From NCBI GenBank assembly GCA_965261105.1, contig CBDHCM010000006.1, positions 4,521,839 to 4,585,838 on the forward strand: 64,000 nucleotides of DNA. The letters run 5' to 3'. The stretch is from Candidatus Aldehydirespirator sp. Lineage in GTDB: Bacteria; Actinomycetota; Acidimicrobiia; Acidimicrobiales; Aldehydirespiratoraceae. Below, in pieces: positions 52,842-62,214 of the stretch (its first letter is position 1; the number at the start of each line of letters is the position of its first letter). The notes below the pieces were generated by a model, which was not told where the DNA came from, did no database searches, and was given only the letters and a program-made list of their open reading frames with translations. The translations under genes were made by a program, and so were the position numbers.

Positions 52842-55052
52842 GTGTCCGATGAGGGTCTGACCGTTTTCAACGGTCGTTACGAGTTGCTGCGCCGAATAGC
52901 GCGGGGAGGCATGGCCGACGTCTACCTGGCCCGCGACGTGTCCCTCGACCGGCAAGTAGCGGTGAAGGTCCTGTTCCCGGAGTTCGCCAACGACCCGAGC
53001 TTCGTGGAGCGGTTCCGCCGCGAGGCGAAGGCCGCGGCCAATCTCAACCACCCCAACATCGTCGGCATCTACGACTGGGGCCAGGAGCAGGGCACCTACT
53101 ACATCGTCATGGAATACGTCGTGGGCCGAAGCATGGCCGATGTGCTGCGGTCCACCGGGCCCCTCAGCCCCGACCGCGCTGCGGAGATCGCGTCGGACGT
53201 GGCCCAGGGCCTCAGCAGCGCCCACGGCGCCGGGCTCGTGCACCGCGACATCAAGCTCGGCAACATAATCGTCAGCGACGACGGCCAGGTGAAGGTGGCC
53301 GACTTCGGCATCGCCACCGCGCTGGCGCAGAGGGCGGGCGACAACCTCACCCATATCGGCTCGGTCATGGGCACGGCCACCTATTTCTCGCCCGAGCAGG
53401 CCCGAGGCAAGGCTCTCGACGGGCGCTCCGACCTGTACTCGCTGGGCGTCGTGCTCTACGAGATGATCGTGGGCAGGCCCCCGTTCACGGCCGACACCGC
53501 CACCGCGGTGGCTGTCAAGCACGTTCAGCAGCGCCCGCTTCCGCCCTCGATGCTGGGTGTCAGCATCGCGCAGTCGCTGGAGGCCATCATCCTCAAGCTG
53601 TTGGCCAAGAACCCTGCCAACCGCTATCCCAGGTCCGACGACCTGCGCGCCGACCTGCGCCGCTATCTGCGCGGCGCCCACAGGATTCCCGCTCACGGTC
53701 TCCAGTCGTCCCCGGAGCCGACTCAGGAGCGTCCCGCGGCCGGGCCGCGGGCGCAGAAGCCGGGTGGTCAGGCCCCGACCCGCCCGCGGACAGCCGCGGT
53801 TCCGACCGCCTCCCAGCCCCCCGTCCCCGTCCCCGGGGTCGGTGGCGCCGAGATGTCCGGGGCCCCACCGCCCGCGGCGCCTCCGCCCGGTGGGGGGCCG
53901 CCCTCCCAGTACGAGCCACCTGCCTACTACTACGAGGAGGTTCACCGCTCCGACAGCTGGAAGCGCACCCTGCTCATGTTCGTGGGTCTGGTCTGCCTCG
54001 TTGCCGCGCTCGGATTCCTGGGCGTCACCTTCTACCGCTCCCTGGGCCTCGACGACGAAGTCCCGCCGACCGCGACCACGTCGGGCAACGGCGCAGCCCT
54101 GGTGGAAGTGCCCGACGTGACGGGGCTCAGCTACGGGGAGGCCGGCGCTGAGCTGCGGTCCCTCGGGTTGGAGCCCGATCCGAGCTACCAGGTCAACATC
54201 GAGGTGCCCGAGGACACGGTGTTCGCGCAGCGTCCGCCCGCCGGCCAGAGGATCGCCGAGGACGGGACGGTGGCGCTCACTGTCAGCCGGGGCGAGACCC
54301 CCACAGTCCCGCCCGTCAGGGGCCGCAACCGGGTCGACGCCGAGGAGATACTTCAGAACGCCGGCTTCCAGGTCATCGTCATCGAGGGTCCCAGCCAGTC
54401 CGAGGCGGGTACCGTGGTCTTCCAGGAGCCCGCCTCCCGCGCTGAGCTCGCGCTGGGCGAGGCGGTGACCATCACCGTCTCCACCGGGCCGGGGCAGATC
54501 TTCGTGCCCGACGTCCGGGGCCAGACCCTTACCCAGGCCATCAATACCCTGATCGCACATGGATTCCGCGTCGGCGACAGGCATGAGCCCTCGGCCACCG
54601 TGGAAGAGGGAGAGATCATCGACACCGACCCCCCGAACGGCTTCCCGGTGTCGGCCGGACTGGAGGTGATCGTCATCATCTCCGACGGGCCTCCCCTCGT
54701 GGCCATCCCCGACGTGAAGGGCCTGCTGTTCGACACCGGCAGGCTGGCCATCGAGCGCGTCGGCCTCACCATCGGCGAGGTCGATTTCGAGCCCGTTGAG
54801 CCGGGATCCTCCGATGTGGGTCGCATCCTGGCCCAGGTGCCGCCGCCCAATCTCGAGGTGGCGCCCGAGACGCCGGTGGACGTCATGGTGGGCGAGCCGC
54901 CCGAGTTCGACTCCGGCCAGACTGACACCGAGCCGGCGGACGGCGGGAGCGGCGAGACCGAGGGCGAGGACCAGACCGGCGCGGGGGCGGGCGGGGAGCC
55001 CGCCGACGACGGCGAGACAGTCGAAGCGAGTCTCCAGACCAGCCCGGCGTAG
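52842..55052 (+). CDS. pknB: Ser/Thr protein kinase with four PASTA repeats
   Basis: GRYELLRRIARGGMADVYLARD, HRDIKLGNI, DFGIA, Pro-rich linker, TM helix, then four PASTA-like repeats. GTG 52842 chosen for normal N-terminal length. Confidence 0.9.
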   Translation: MSDEGLTVFNGRYELLRRIARGGMADVYLARDVSLDRQVAVKVLFPEFANDPSFVERFRREAKAAANLNHPNIVGIYDWGQEQGTYYIVMEYVVGRSMADVLRSTGPLSPDRAAEIASDVAQGLSSAHGAGLVHRDIKLGNIIVSDDGQVKVADFGIATALAQRAGDNLTHIGSVMGTATYFSPEQARGKALDGRSDLYSLGVVLYEMIVGRPPFTADTATAVAVKHVQQRPLPPSMLGVSIAQSLEAIILKLLAKNPANRYPRSDDLRADLRRYLRGAHRIPAHGLQSSPEPTQERPAAGPRAQKPGGQAPTRPRTAAVPTASQPPVPVPGVGGAEMSGAPPPAAPPPGGGPPSQYEPPAYYYEEVHRSDSWKRTLLMFVGLVCLVAALGFLGVTFYRSLGLDDEVPPTATTSGNGAALVEVPDVTGLSYGEAGAELRSLGLEPDPSYQVNIEVPEDTVFAQRPPAGQRIAEDGTVALTVSRGETPTVPPVRGRNRVDAEEILQNAGFQVIVIEGPSQSEAGTVVFQEPASRAELALGEAVTITVSTGPGQIFVPDVRGQTLTQAINTLIAHGFRVGDRHEPSATVEEGEIIDTDPPNGFPVSAGLEVIVIISDGPPLVAIPDVKGLLFDTGRLAIERVGLTIGEVDFEPVEPGSSDVGRILAQVPPPNLEVAPETPVDVMVGEPPEFDSGQTDTEPADGGSGETEGEDQTGAGAGGEPADDGETVEASLQTSPA

Positions 55053-55059
55053 GGCCCGC

Positions 55060-55638
55060 CTACCGGCAGCGGGCCAGGAAGTTGTCGAGCAGGCGCCGGC
55101 CCTCGTCGGTGAGAACCGACTCGGGGTGGAACTGCACGCCCTCGGTGGGGTGGCGCCGGTGCCGCAGCCCCATCACCAGGCCCCCGTCGCAGGTGGCCGT
55201 CACCTCCAGCTCGGGCGGGACCGAGGAGCGCTCGACGATCAACGAGTGATAGCGGGTGGCGGTGAGAGGGTTGGGCAGGCCCTCGAACACGCCTGTGGAG
55301 TCGTGCTCGATGACCGACGTCTTGCCGTGCATCACCTCGGGGGCCCGGATCACGTCGGCCCCGAACGCCTGGCCGATGCACTGCATCCCCAGGCACACCC
55401 CGAAGATGGGCACCTCGCCGCTCAGTGTCGCCAGCAGGTCGTTGCTGACGCCCGCGTCGTCGGGCGTTCCCGGACCCGGACTGATCAATATCCCGTCGGG
55501 CTGCATTGTGCGGACCTCGTCGGCCGTGACCGCGTCGTGCCGGTAGACCAACGGCTCGGCCCCCAACTCCCCCAGGTACTGCACCAGGATGTAGACGAAC
55601 GAGTCGTAGTTGTCGATCACCGCGATCCGGGGCCCCAC
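55060..55638 (-). CDS. trpG: anthranilate/aminodeoxychorismate synthase glutamine amidotransferase component
   Basis: IAVIDNYDSFVYILVQYL...ISPGPGTP...GVCLGMQCI...YHSL...GVQFHPES. Confidence 0.9.
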   Translation of the reverse strand: MGPRIAVIDNYDSFVYILVQYLGELGAEPLVYRHDAVTADEVRTMQPDGILISPGPGTPDDAGVSNDLLATLSGEVPIFGVCLGMQCIGQAFGADVIRAPEVMHGKTSVIEHDSTGVFEGLPNPLTATRYHSLIVERSSVPPELEVTATCDGGLVMGLRHRRHPTEGVQFHPESVLTDEGRRLLDNFLARCR

Positions 55639-55648
55639 CCCCGCAACG

Positions 55649-57844
55649 CTAGGCGCCGGCGCCGGCGTCGCGGGCTTCGACGGCCTCCAGCACGTGCAGG
55701 GCTATGTCGGCGACCTTGACGGAATCCTCGTCCACTCCCGCGGCCCGCACCCCGTCGTCCATCATGATGTAGCAGAACGGGCAGGCGGTGGCGATGCGCG
55801 ACGCGCCGGTGCCGAGCAGCTCCCGGGAGCGCTCGTCGTTCACCTTGGTGCCGATCGTCTCCTCCATCCACATGCGGGCCCCGCCCGCGCCGCAGCACAT
55901 CCCGTTGGTGCCGTTGCGGGGGGCCTCCACCAGATCGATCCCGCCCAGGGAGCCGAGCACCCGCCGGGGGGCCAGGTACACGTCGTTGTGGCGGCCCAGA
56001 TAGCAGCTGTCGTGGTAGACCACCCGCTCCTCGAGGGTGGCGCCGTCGAGGTCCAGCCGACCCTCGGCCACCAGCGTGTCCAGCAGCTGGCTGTGGTGGA
56101 CGACCTCGTAGTGGCCGCCGAGCTGTGGGTACTCGTTGGCGAGGGTGTTGAAGCAGTGGGGGCACTGGGTGACGATCTTGCGCACCCCCATGGAGTTGAG
56201 GGTCTCGATGTTGGCCGAGGCCAGCATCTGGAACAGGTACTCGTTGCCGGAGCGCCTCGCCGAGTCGCCGGTGCAGTTCTCGGCCGGGCCGAGGATGGCG
56301 AAGTCGATCCCGGCCCGCTCCATGAGCTGGGCCATGGCTCTGGTGACCTTCTTGTTCTTGTCGTCGAAGGAGCCCGCGCAGCCAACCCAGTACAGATACT
56401 CGGCGTCGAGGGGGTCGCCGCCGGCCACAACCCGCACCCCGTCGAGGTCCCGGGCCCAGTCGGCTCGCTCGGTCTGGCTCATCGACCACGGGTTGGACGA
56501 GTTCTCCATGCCCCGGAAGGCCTGGCCCAACTCCGAGGGGAAGTCGCTCTCCATCAGGGTGAGGTAGCGGCGCATGTCGAGGATCTTGTCGAGGATCTCG
56601 ATGTTGACCGGGCAGATCTCGTCGCAGGCCCTGCACGACGTGCACGCCCACAGCTCCTCGTTGCTGATCCGCTCGAACATCCAGTTGGCCGGCACCTTCA
56701 CCTCGGCCTCGCCGGTGCCCAGCGGCGGCGAGGTGGGCGGATTGCCGGTGCGGGCCATGATCTCGCCCGTCTTGAGCACGATCTCGCGGGGGTCGAGGGG
56801 CTTGCCGGTGGCGTGGGCCGGGCACACCGAGGTGCAGCGCCCGCACATGGTGCAGGCGTCAGTGTCGAGGAGCTGCTTCCACGAGAAGTCCTCGACCACC
56901 GAGGCGCCGAAGGTCTCCAGCTCGGTGTCGCCCTCCACCAGGTTGGGCATGGGGCGCATGGCGCCCTTGGGGCGGTCGCGGTGGTGCAGGTACATGTTCA
57001 GCGGCGACGTGAACATATGGCGCAGCATGGTGGTGGGCAGGATCACCAGGAAGGCCACGAACGCGACCACATGGGCCACCCACCACGCCTGGTGCCAGCC
57101 GTGCACCGCGCCTCCGTCGACGAGGGTGGCCAGCGGGTAGCCGATGAAGCTCCAGCGCTCGTGGTCGGGCAGGCCGTCGGCCGCAATGCGGAACGCCTCC
57201 GCGCCGAAGCCGGTCACGCCGATGGCCAGCAGGACGGCGCCGATGACCGCGTGCTCGGGCCGGGTCTTGATGCGGATGCGGTAGGGCCGCCACGGCGGCG
57301 GGCCGAAGCGGCGCACGATGGCCCACACCACCCCCACCACGAACATCGCCCCGGCGGCGTCGCCCACCGCGGAGTAGGCCCGGTAGACGTCGCCGTGCAG
57401 GAACTTGAGCCCGCCGGGGAGCTGGTGGTTGACCTCCAGGGTGGTGGTCACCCCCAGCAGGATCAGGAAGCTGAAGTAGATGAGCGAGTGCATCACCCCG
57501 GCGCCGGGCTCCCGAAGCAGGGTCCGCATGTAGACACCGGCCCGGAAGTCGGCCATGCGGTGCTTGGCGTTGTGCACCGTGGTGCGGCGGTTGTCGGGCC
57601 GGCCCCGCTGCCAGTTCTTCACCCGGTGGGCGAACAGGACCGCCCCGTACACCAGCAGCACGGGGATGATCGTGTAGAAGGCGACCTTCAGCGGGGCGGG
57701 GATGTTTCCGAACACCTCGCGGGTGATCGGGCTGTCGTCGTGGAAGCCGGCGAGGCCCGCCACGATGCCCGACAGGGCCGTGAACAGCGCGATGGCCACG
57801 CCGAGGGCGACGACCAGATGGTGGGGCTTGATCCGGATCCGCAT
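55649..57844 (-). CDS. membrane-anchored (Fe-S)-binding oxidoreductase (heterodisulfide-reductase-related)
   Basis: N-terminal polytopic domain, two ferredoxin-like Cys motifs (CTMCGRCTSVCP, CTSCRACDEICP), and two Cys-rich CCG-type regions. Confidence 0.8.
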   Translation of the reverse strand: MRIRIKPHHLVVALGVAIALFTALSGIVAGLAGFHDDSPITREVFGNIPAPLKVAFYTIIPVLLVYGAVLFAHRVKNWQRGRPDNRRTTVHNAKHRMADFRAGVYMRTLLREPGAGVMHSLIYFSFLILLGVTTTLEVNHQLPGGLKFLHGDVYRAYSAVGDAAGAMFVVGVVWAIVRRFGPPPWRPYRIRIKTRPEHAVIGAVLLAIGVTGFGAEAFRIAADGLPDHERWSFIGYPLATLVDGGAVHGWHQAWWVAHVVAFVAFLVILPTTMLRHMFTSPLNMYLHHRDRPKGAMRPMPNLVEGDTELETFGASVVEDFSWKQLLDTDACTMCGRCTSVCPAHATGKPLDPREIVLKTGEIMARTGNPPTSPPLGTGEAEVKVPANWMFERISNEELWACTSCRACDEICPVNIEILDKILDMRRYLTLMESDFPSELGQAFRGMENSSNPWSMSQTERADWARDLDGVRVVAGGDPLDAEYLYWVGCAGSFDDKNKKVTRAMAQLMERAGIDFAILGPAENCTGDSARRSGNEYLFQMLASANIETLNSMGVRKIVTQCPHCFNTLANEYPQLGGHYEVVHHSQLLDTLVAEGRLDLDGATLEERVVYHDSCYLGRHNDVYLAPRRVLGSLGGIDLVEAPRNGTNGMCCGAGGARMWMEETIGTKVNDERSRELLGTGASRIATACPFCYIMMDDGVRAAGVDEDSVKVADIALHVLEAVEARDAGAGA

Positions 57845-57874
57845 GGCGCCGCGACACTACTCGCCGCGCCCGCC

Positions 57875-58006
57875 TCAGGTCACAGAGGGACCGCGTTCGG
57901 CTTGGGCGGCTACCTCGGCTGCGGCTGCCGCAGCGGCGGCGGGATCGAGAGCGCGCTCCAGCGGGTGCTTCGGCTCCACCGGGAACCATGTCTCCGCCGA
58001 GCACGT
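57875..58006 (-). pseudogene. remnant copy of the gpmA 3' end
   Basis: Reverse strand reads VEPKHPLERALDPAAAAAAAAEVAAQAERGPSVT-stop versus the intact gpmA end IEPRHPLERALDPAAAAAAAAEVAAQAGRPA-stop. DNA similarity runs from 57898 to 58006 against 61335-61437. Confidence 0.8.
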
Positions 58007-58036
58007 TGAGGGGGACCCGGCTTCAGCAGCAGTGGA

Positions 58037-60220
58037 TCACCGCACCACCCTCACGACCCGCGCCCGCTCGGCCTTCGGGTGCACGGTGAGCCAGTGCTCG
58101 TGTGCCCAGGCGTCCACATCCTGGTCGGGGAGTTCGAGCACTAGGGCCGTGGTGTGGCAGTCGGCGCACCATGCCATGAGCACTCCGTTCCTCAACCCCC
58201 AGGTGATGTCACAGACCAAAGTAGTCGTGGCGTCACCGCTTGGCGGTTGGAGAGGACGTTTGCTCAGCAGCGTGTTGACGGACTCCTCAACGGACTGACC
58301 GACCCCGCTCTCGACTAGCTGCTTGCGTATGTTCGCTCGCATCGACCCGTGAGCCTTTGAGGGTTTGATCTCCAATCCGGAGACGAACTGCTCGGCTCGG
58401 CCTCCGAGGTCGGCCAGGGTTATGTGAAGCTCGTCGGTGGCGTCGTAGAGAGGTATCGGCAAATTCCACAGGTGCGAGCTGATGTGGCGTCCGCCGCCCT
58501 TGCCGGAGGTCATGAAGGGTTCCACGGCCTTCGTGACGGTCACGCTGTTGAGGATGCTGCACATGTAGCGGGCCTCCTCCACTGATCGTGCAGCAGCCCA
58601 GTTGAGTTGATGTTCCACGATTGCCTGCTCGTCGGTAATCCGACAGGCGGTGACGTGCATCCCGGATGCTCCGTAGACCACGCGGATGGGGGCGATGGGA
58701 AACTGGGAGGTCAGCTTGCGGTAGTGATCGATTGACTGATCCAAGCTGAGGTCACTCTTGCTGTGCTCGTCGGTAAGTCGGCGGGCCTGCGCCCACCAGC
58801 GCCGTAGCCCGTCGTAGTCCTCGATCTCGTCGTCTCGCATCATCTTGCCCTTACGGAGAGGAAGCACCGCCTCCGCAGGTGTCCGCTGCCAGTAGGGCAT
58901 GACCGACTCGCCCAGCAGAACCCGATGGATGAACTGGGACTCGATGACGCCAGTCATGTCGTCCATCGATTTCCAGTCGCCCTTCGGGTAGGTGCCCCGG
59001 TTGGAGCGGATTGGTCTGCGGCCTTCCCCGACGCCGAGGGGTGGGGTCTTGTCGGGCCGTACGACGATCAAGAGACGTGGGTAGAGGTTCGCCCCGTTCG
59101 CGAAGCGGCCCTTGTAGAGGGACTCGGACTGTTCCTCGTCATCGACGCTGGCCCGCTCTGCCTGTGTCCGGTCGATTGCTGGACGCACGTCGTCCCAGGA
59201 GGCGCTCGGGTCGGGGAGCTTGCCTGACCACCGTTCCACCTCATCGGGCAGAGCGGAGTGCTCTTCTGAGCGTCTGCCGAAGATGACACACGCTGTGCGG
59301 GGGAAGAACCGGTGGCTGATAGGTGAGATGTCCCAGGCGGTGTCGAACGCCACGAGTGTGTGGCCTCCCTTGTTGAGGGGGAACCTCCCGCCACGAAACC
59401 CTGCGGATTGGCCTCTGGTCAGCACACCTGCGGGCATCACGAACCCGAACCGCCCGTTGGGTGCGAGGTACTGCTCCACGGATCGGGTGACGAACAGGTC
59501 GGCGAGGTCTTGGTGCGTGGCGACGTTCCCACCCGCCCACAGCTTGCGTTCTTTGGCCATCAACTGGAACACGGTCTTCATGGAGTCGGTCATGAACCGG
59601 TACGCGAGCCACGGCGGGTTCCCGATCAGCACCGTTCTGCGGTTCTCCTCACGAGCCAGCCACGCGGGTCGAGCGAGGTTCCGCACGTAGTAACCCCAGA
59701 TGTGGTCCCGGCGCTCGTCGTGCAGGCGGCACATCGCCTTGAACGTCGCCTCAACAGTCTCCAGATCAGCCCCCGACAGACCGTGACGCTTGGCTATGTG
59801 AGAGATCGACGGCGCTTCTTCGCCTCGTTGCCGGTTGGTGGCCGACTCCGCGAGGTCGGCCACCAACGCGTCGAAGGTGTCAGCGTCGTCAAGTAGCCGT
59901 TGAGGGAACCGGAGGTGGTCAGCAAACAACTCTGCACCGTCGTCGGTGCTGACGTTGAGCGTCTCAGAAGCGAAGATGTCGCCGCGTTGGCCCCACTGCA
60001 CGCTGTCACCCAAGAACACCGGCACCCGCAACCGTCGCCGGTCAGCAAGCCGCGCTTCCAACTTCACATCGAGGACATCGCCCTCAGTGAGGTTCAACCC
60101 AGAAGCCAACAGCAGCATCCGCACACCCGCCTGCACATCCGCCTCGGTGCGGCTCCGAAGGGCACGATTCGCCAGTCGCCCTGCTAGCTCCCGAAGGTCG
60201 ATCCAGCCTTCCACAGCCAC
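58037..60220 (-). CDS. atypical N6-adenine-methyltransferase-like protein (NPPW motif), possibly degenerate
   Basis: VLIGNPPWLAYRF (motif IV). N-terminus TEADVQAGVRMLLLASGLNLTEGDVLDVKLEARLADRRRL resembles the nuclease-like opening of large actinobacterial RM methylases. I find no FxGxG motif upstream of NPPW. Confidence 0.55.
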   Translation of the reverse strand: MAVEGWIDLRELAGRLANRALRSRTEADVQAGVRMLLLASGLNLTEGDVLDVKLEARLADRRRLRVPVFLGDSVQWGQRGDIFASETLNVSTDDGAELFADHLRFPQRLLDDADTFDALVADLAESATNRQRGEEAPSISHIAKRHGLSGADLETVEATFKAMCRLHDERRDHIWGYYVRNLARPAWLAREENRRTVLIGNPPWLAYRFMTDSMKTVFQLMAKERKLWAGGNVATHQDLADLFVTRSVEQYLAPNGRFGFVMPAGVLTRGQSAGFRGGRFPLNKGGHTLVAFDTAWDISPISHRFFPRTACVIFGRRSEEHSALPDEVERWSGKLPDPSASWDDVRPAIDRTQAERASVDDEEQSESLYKGRFANGANLYPRLLIVVRPDKTPPLGVGEGRRPIRSNRGTYPKGDWKSMDDMTGVIESQFIHRVLLGESVMPYWQRTPAEAVLPLRKGKMMRDDEIEDYDGLRRWWAQARRLTDEHSKSDLSLDQSIDHYRKLTSQFPIAPIRVVYGASGMHVTACRITDEQAIVEHQLNWAAARSVEEARYMCSILNSVTVTKAVEPFMTSGKGGGRHISSHLWNLPIPLYDATDELHITLADLGGRAEQFVSGLEIKPSKAHGSMRANIRKQLVESGVGQSVEESVNTLLSKRPLQPPSGDATTTLVCDITWGLRNGVLMAWCADCHTTALVLELPDQDVDAWAHEHWLTVHPKAERARVVRVVR

Positions 60221-60698
60221 GGAGCGACTCTACGCCAGAGCCTCACCCCCTAACCACGGCACCTCTGCCCCTTACGAACACCGCAAGGATGTTGCTGCCC
60301 ACGTCACCACCGTCCTGATCGCCGCCACCGTCATCGCTTTGGCCGCGACCGGCACCATCTTCGCCCAGTCCAGCTGACGCTTTGGTGGCGTGCCGCTGAT
60401 CACTACGCCCACCAGGCAATCAACTGGATGGTCGACAACGGCATCACACGAAGGGCCCGAAGGGTTGTGGTGACGGGCCGAACCTCTGCCCGGACCGGCC
60501 CGGCCGCTATGCATCGCACGGCAGACCGTATGGGATCTGCGATTCCTTGGAGTCTGGTGCTGGTCAAGCGCTCGACCTGCCGGGCGGAGGGCGATGGCTA
60601 GCCTTCCACAGTGCTACCGTCGGGCTGTGGATGGGAAGAAAGTGATCCTGATGAGCACCGCATCGGCGATGGGGCTTGTTCCCCGATCAGGAGGCAAC

Positions 60699-60773
60699 AT
60701 GACATTGATAGAGTCCGCCGTCTTCGGCGCTGCGTCACCGGCCTCGTCTGTCACCGGCCTCGTCTCTAGATGA
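60699..60773 (+). CDS. possible 24-codon leader ORF
   Basis: caggagg, 5 nt, then ATG 60699: MTLIESAVFGAASPASSVTGLVSR. Contains a 16-bp tandem duplication gtcaccggcctcgtct. Ends 14-23 nt before the next ORF. Confidence 0.2.
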   Translation: MTLIESAVFGAASPASSVTGLVSR

Positions 60774-60786
60774 GTCGGCGCTGACC

Positions 60787-61185
60787 TTGCAGAGGATGCA
60801 TTTCTCCATCCCCGGCTCCCTGGCTCAGCAGCCCTCGTGGATCCACGCGGTCGATATCGAGATCAAGGGACTGCTGTTGCTGTCCGAGGGGTGGGATGGC
60901 ACCGCGGCCTACCCGGTATCCACCGAGGCAGTTAGCGACGCGCGCAGATTGGCGGCAGAGATCTGCGACGCTCTACCAGCACTGCGACATCCGACGGTAA
61001 TGCCGTCGATCGATGGCGGTGTCGTCCTTGAGTGGCATTCGCCTAACCGTCACATTGACTTCACTGTCGGGCGAGAGTCGATCGAAGTCTTCTACGAGGA
61101 TGACGAGCAGGGCTTGGACTGGGACGGACCGCTCCCCGATTCCCCCCTCAACCCTCTCACGTTTCTCGCGGCTCACAACTGGTAG
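60787..61185 (+). CDS. hypothetical protein
   Basis: 132-aa ORF (or from ATG 60796, MHFSIPG). ...SEGWDGTAAYPVSTEAV...PSIDGGVVLEWHSP... No family recognised. Confidence 0.45.
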   Translation: MQRMHFSIPGSLAQQPSWIHAVDIEIKGLLLLSEGWDGTAAYPVSTEAVSDARRLAAEICDALPALRHPTVMPSIDGGVVLEWHSPNRHIDFTVGRESIEVFYEDDEQGLDWDGPLPDSPLNPLTFLAAHNW

Positions 61186-61316
61186 GCGGCTCGGGGATAC
61201 ATGCCGGTCGATGGGGACGAGTCCGTCGGAGGCGGATGCCGTTGATGCTGGCCCCCTGCTTTCGGGCCCACCTGCACGGGCTGACGAGGGCTCAATCCTG
61301 ATGGACACGAATGGGG

Positions 61317-62081
61317 TTACGCAGGGCGGCCGGCTTGGGCGGCTACCTCGGCGGCGGCGGCGGCGGCCGCCGCGGGGTCGAGGGCGCGCTCCAGGGGGTG
61401 CCTGGGTTCGATCGGGAGCATGTCGGGGCCCAGCACGTAGTGCAGCGGCATGCCGGTGGGGATGTTGAGGACGCCGATGTCCTCGTCGGAGATCCGGTCC
61501 AGGTGCTTGGACAGGGCCCGCAGGCTGTTGCCGTGGGCCGAGACCATCACGGTGTGGCCCTTGCGCAGGTCGCCGACGATGGCGTCCCGCCAGTAGGGCA
61601 GCAGCCTGGCGAGCACGTCTTCGAGGCTCTCGGTCAGCGGCACCAGCTCGGGGGAGAGGTCCGCGTAGACCGCCGAGCCGTTGGGGTTGAACTCGTTGTC
61701 GGCGCGGATGGGCGGGGGCGGGGTGTCGTAGCCCCGGCGCCATCGCTGGAGCTGCTCGTCGCCGTGGGCGGCCCGGGTGGCGGCCTTGTCGAGGCCGGTC
61801 AGGTCGCCGTAGTGGCGCTCGTTGAGGCGCCAGCTGCAGTGAACCTCCAGCGAGCCGAGGCCGAGGGCGTCGAGGACGATCTCGGTGGTCTCGGTGGCTC
61901 GCTGAAGAACGGAGGTGTGCACCGCGGCAGGCAGCAGGCCGGCGGCCGCCAGCAGCTCCGCAGCCCGGCGGGCCTCGGCCCGGCCCGTGTCGTCGAGGGG
62001 ACAGTCGTGCCAGCCGGTGAACAGGTTCTTGTCGTTCCACTCGCTGCGGCCGTGGCGCAACAGGATCAGGTCGTGGGCCAT
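61317..62081 (-). CDS. gpmA: 2,3-bisphosphoglycerate-dependent phosphoglycerate mutase
   Basis: MAHDLILLRHGRSEWNDKNLFTGW...RLNERHYG...VSAHGNSLRAL. ATG 62081; the longer track ORF is antisense to dnaK. Confidence 0.93.
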   Translation of the reverse strand: MAHDLILLRHGRSEWNDKNLFTGWHDCPLDDTGRAEARRAAELLAAAGLLPAAVHTSVLQRATETTEIVLDALGLGSLEVHCSWRLNERHYGDLTGLDKAATRAAHGDEQLQRWRRGYDTPPPPIRADNEFNPNGSAVYADLSPELVPLTESLEDVLARLLPYWRDAIVGDLRKGHTVMVSAHGNSLRALSKHLDRISDEDIGVLNIPTGMPLHYVLGPDMLPIEPRHPLERALDPAAAAAAAAEVAAQAGRPA

Positions 62082-62108
62082 GGCCGCCAAGGTATCGGGG
62101 CCGAGCCG

Positions 62109-62141
62109 GAGAAACTTGATATGAATAGACTCAAGTTTCTC
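62109..62141. promoter_or_regulatory. HAIR-like inverted repeat (HspR operator type) upstream of dnaK
   Basis: gagaaacttga-tatgaatagac-tcaagtttctc, perfect 11-bp arms. Core cttgata-N7-actcaag resembles CTTGAGT-N7-ACTCAAG. Confidence 0.65.
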
Positions 62142-62214
62142 GTGTGGCTCGGAATGAACTTCGGTATCGTGTGCGTTGAAGGTTACACACGCACAGGCGA
62201 AAGGAAGCCTCACC

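Noticed and set aside
55610-58009. Very long plus-strand ORF (799 aa), plus similar ones at 7589..8956, 19677..20990, 20930..22255, 22274..23356, 23560..24852, 25952..27712, 33974..35242, 52836..54584 and 62131..63138
   Set aside because: These are Arg/Gly/His/Pro-rich low-complexity translations lying antisense to genes with clear family motifs. They are typical high-GC shadow ORFs.
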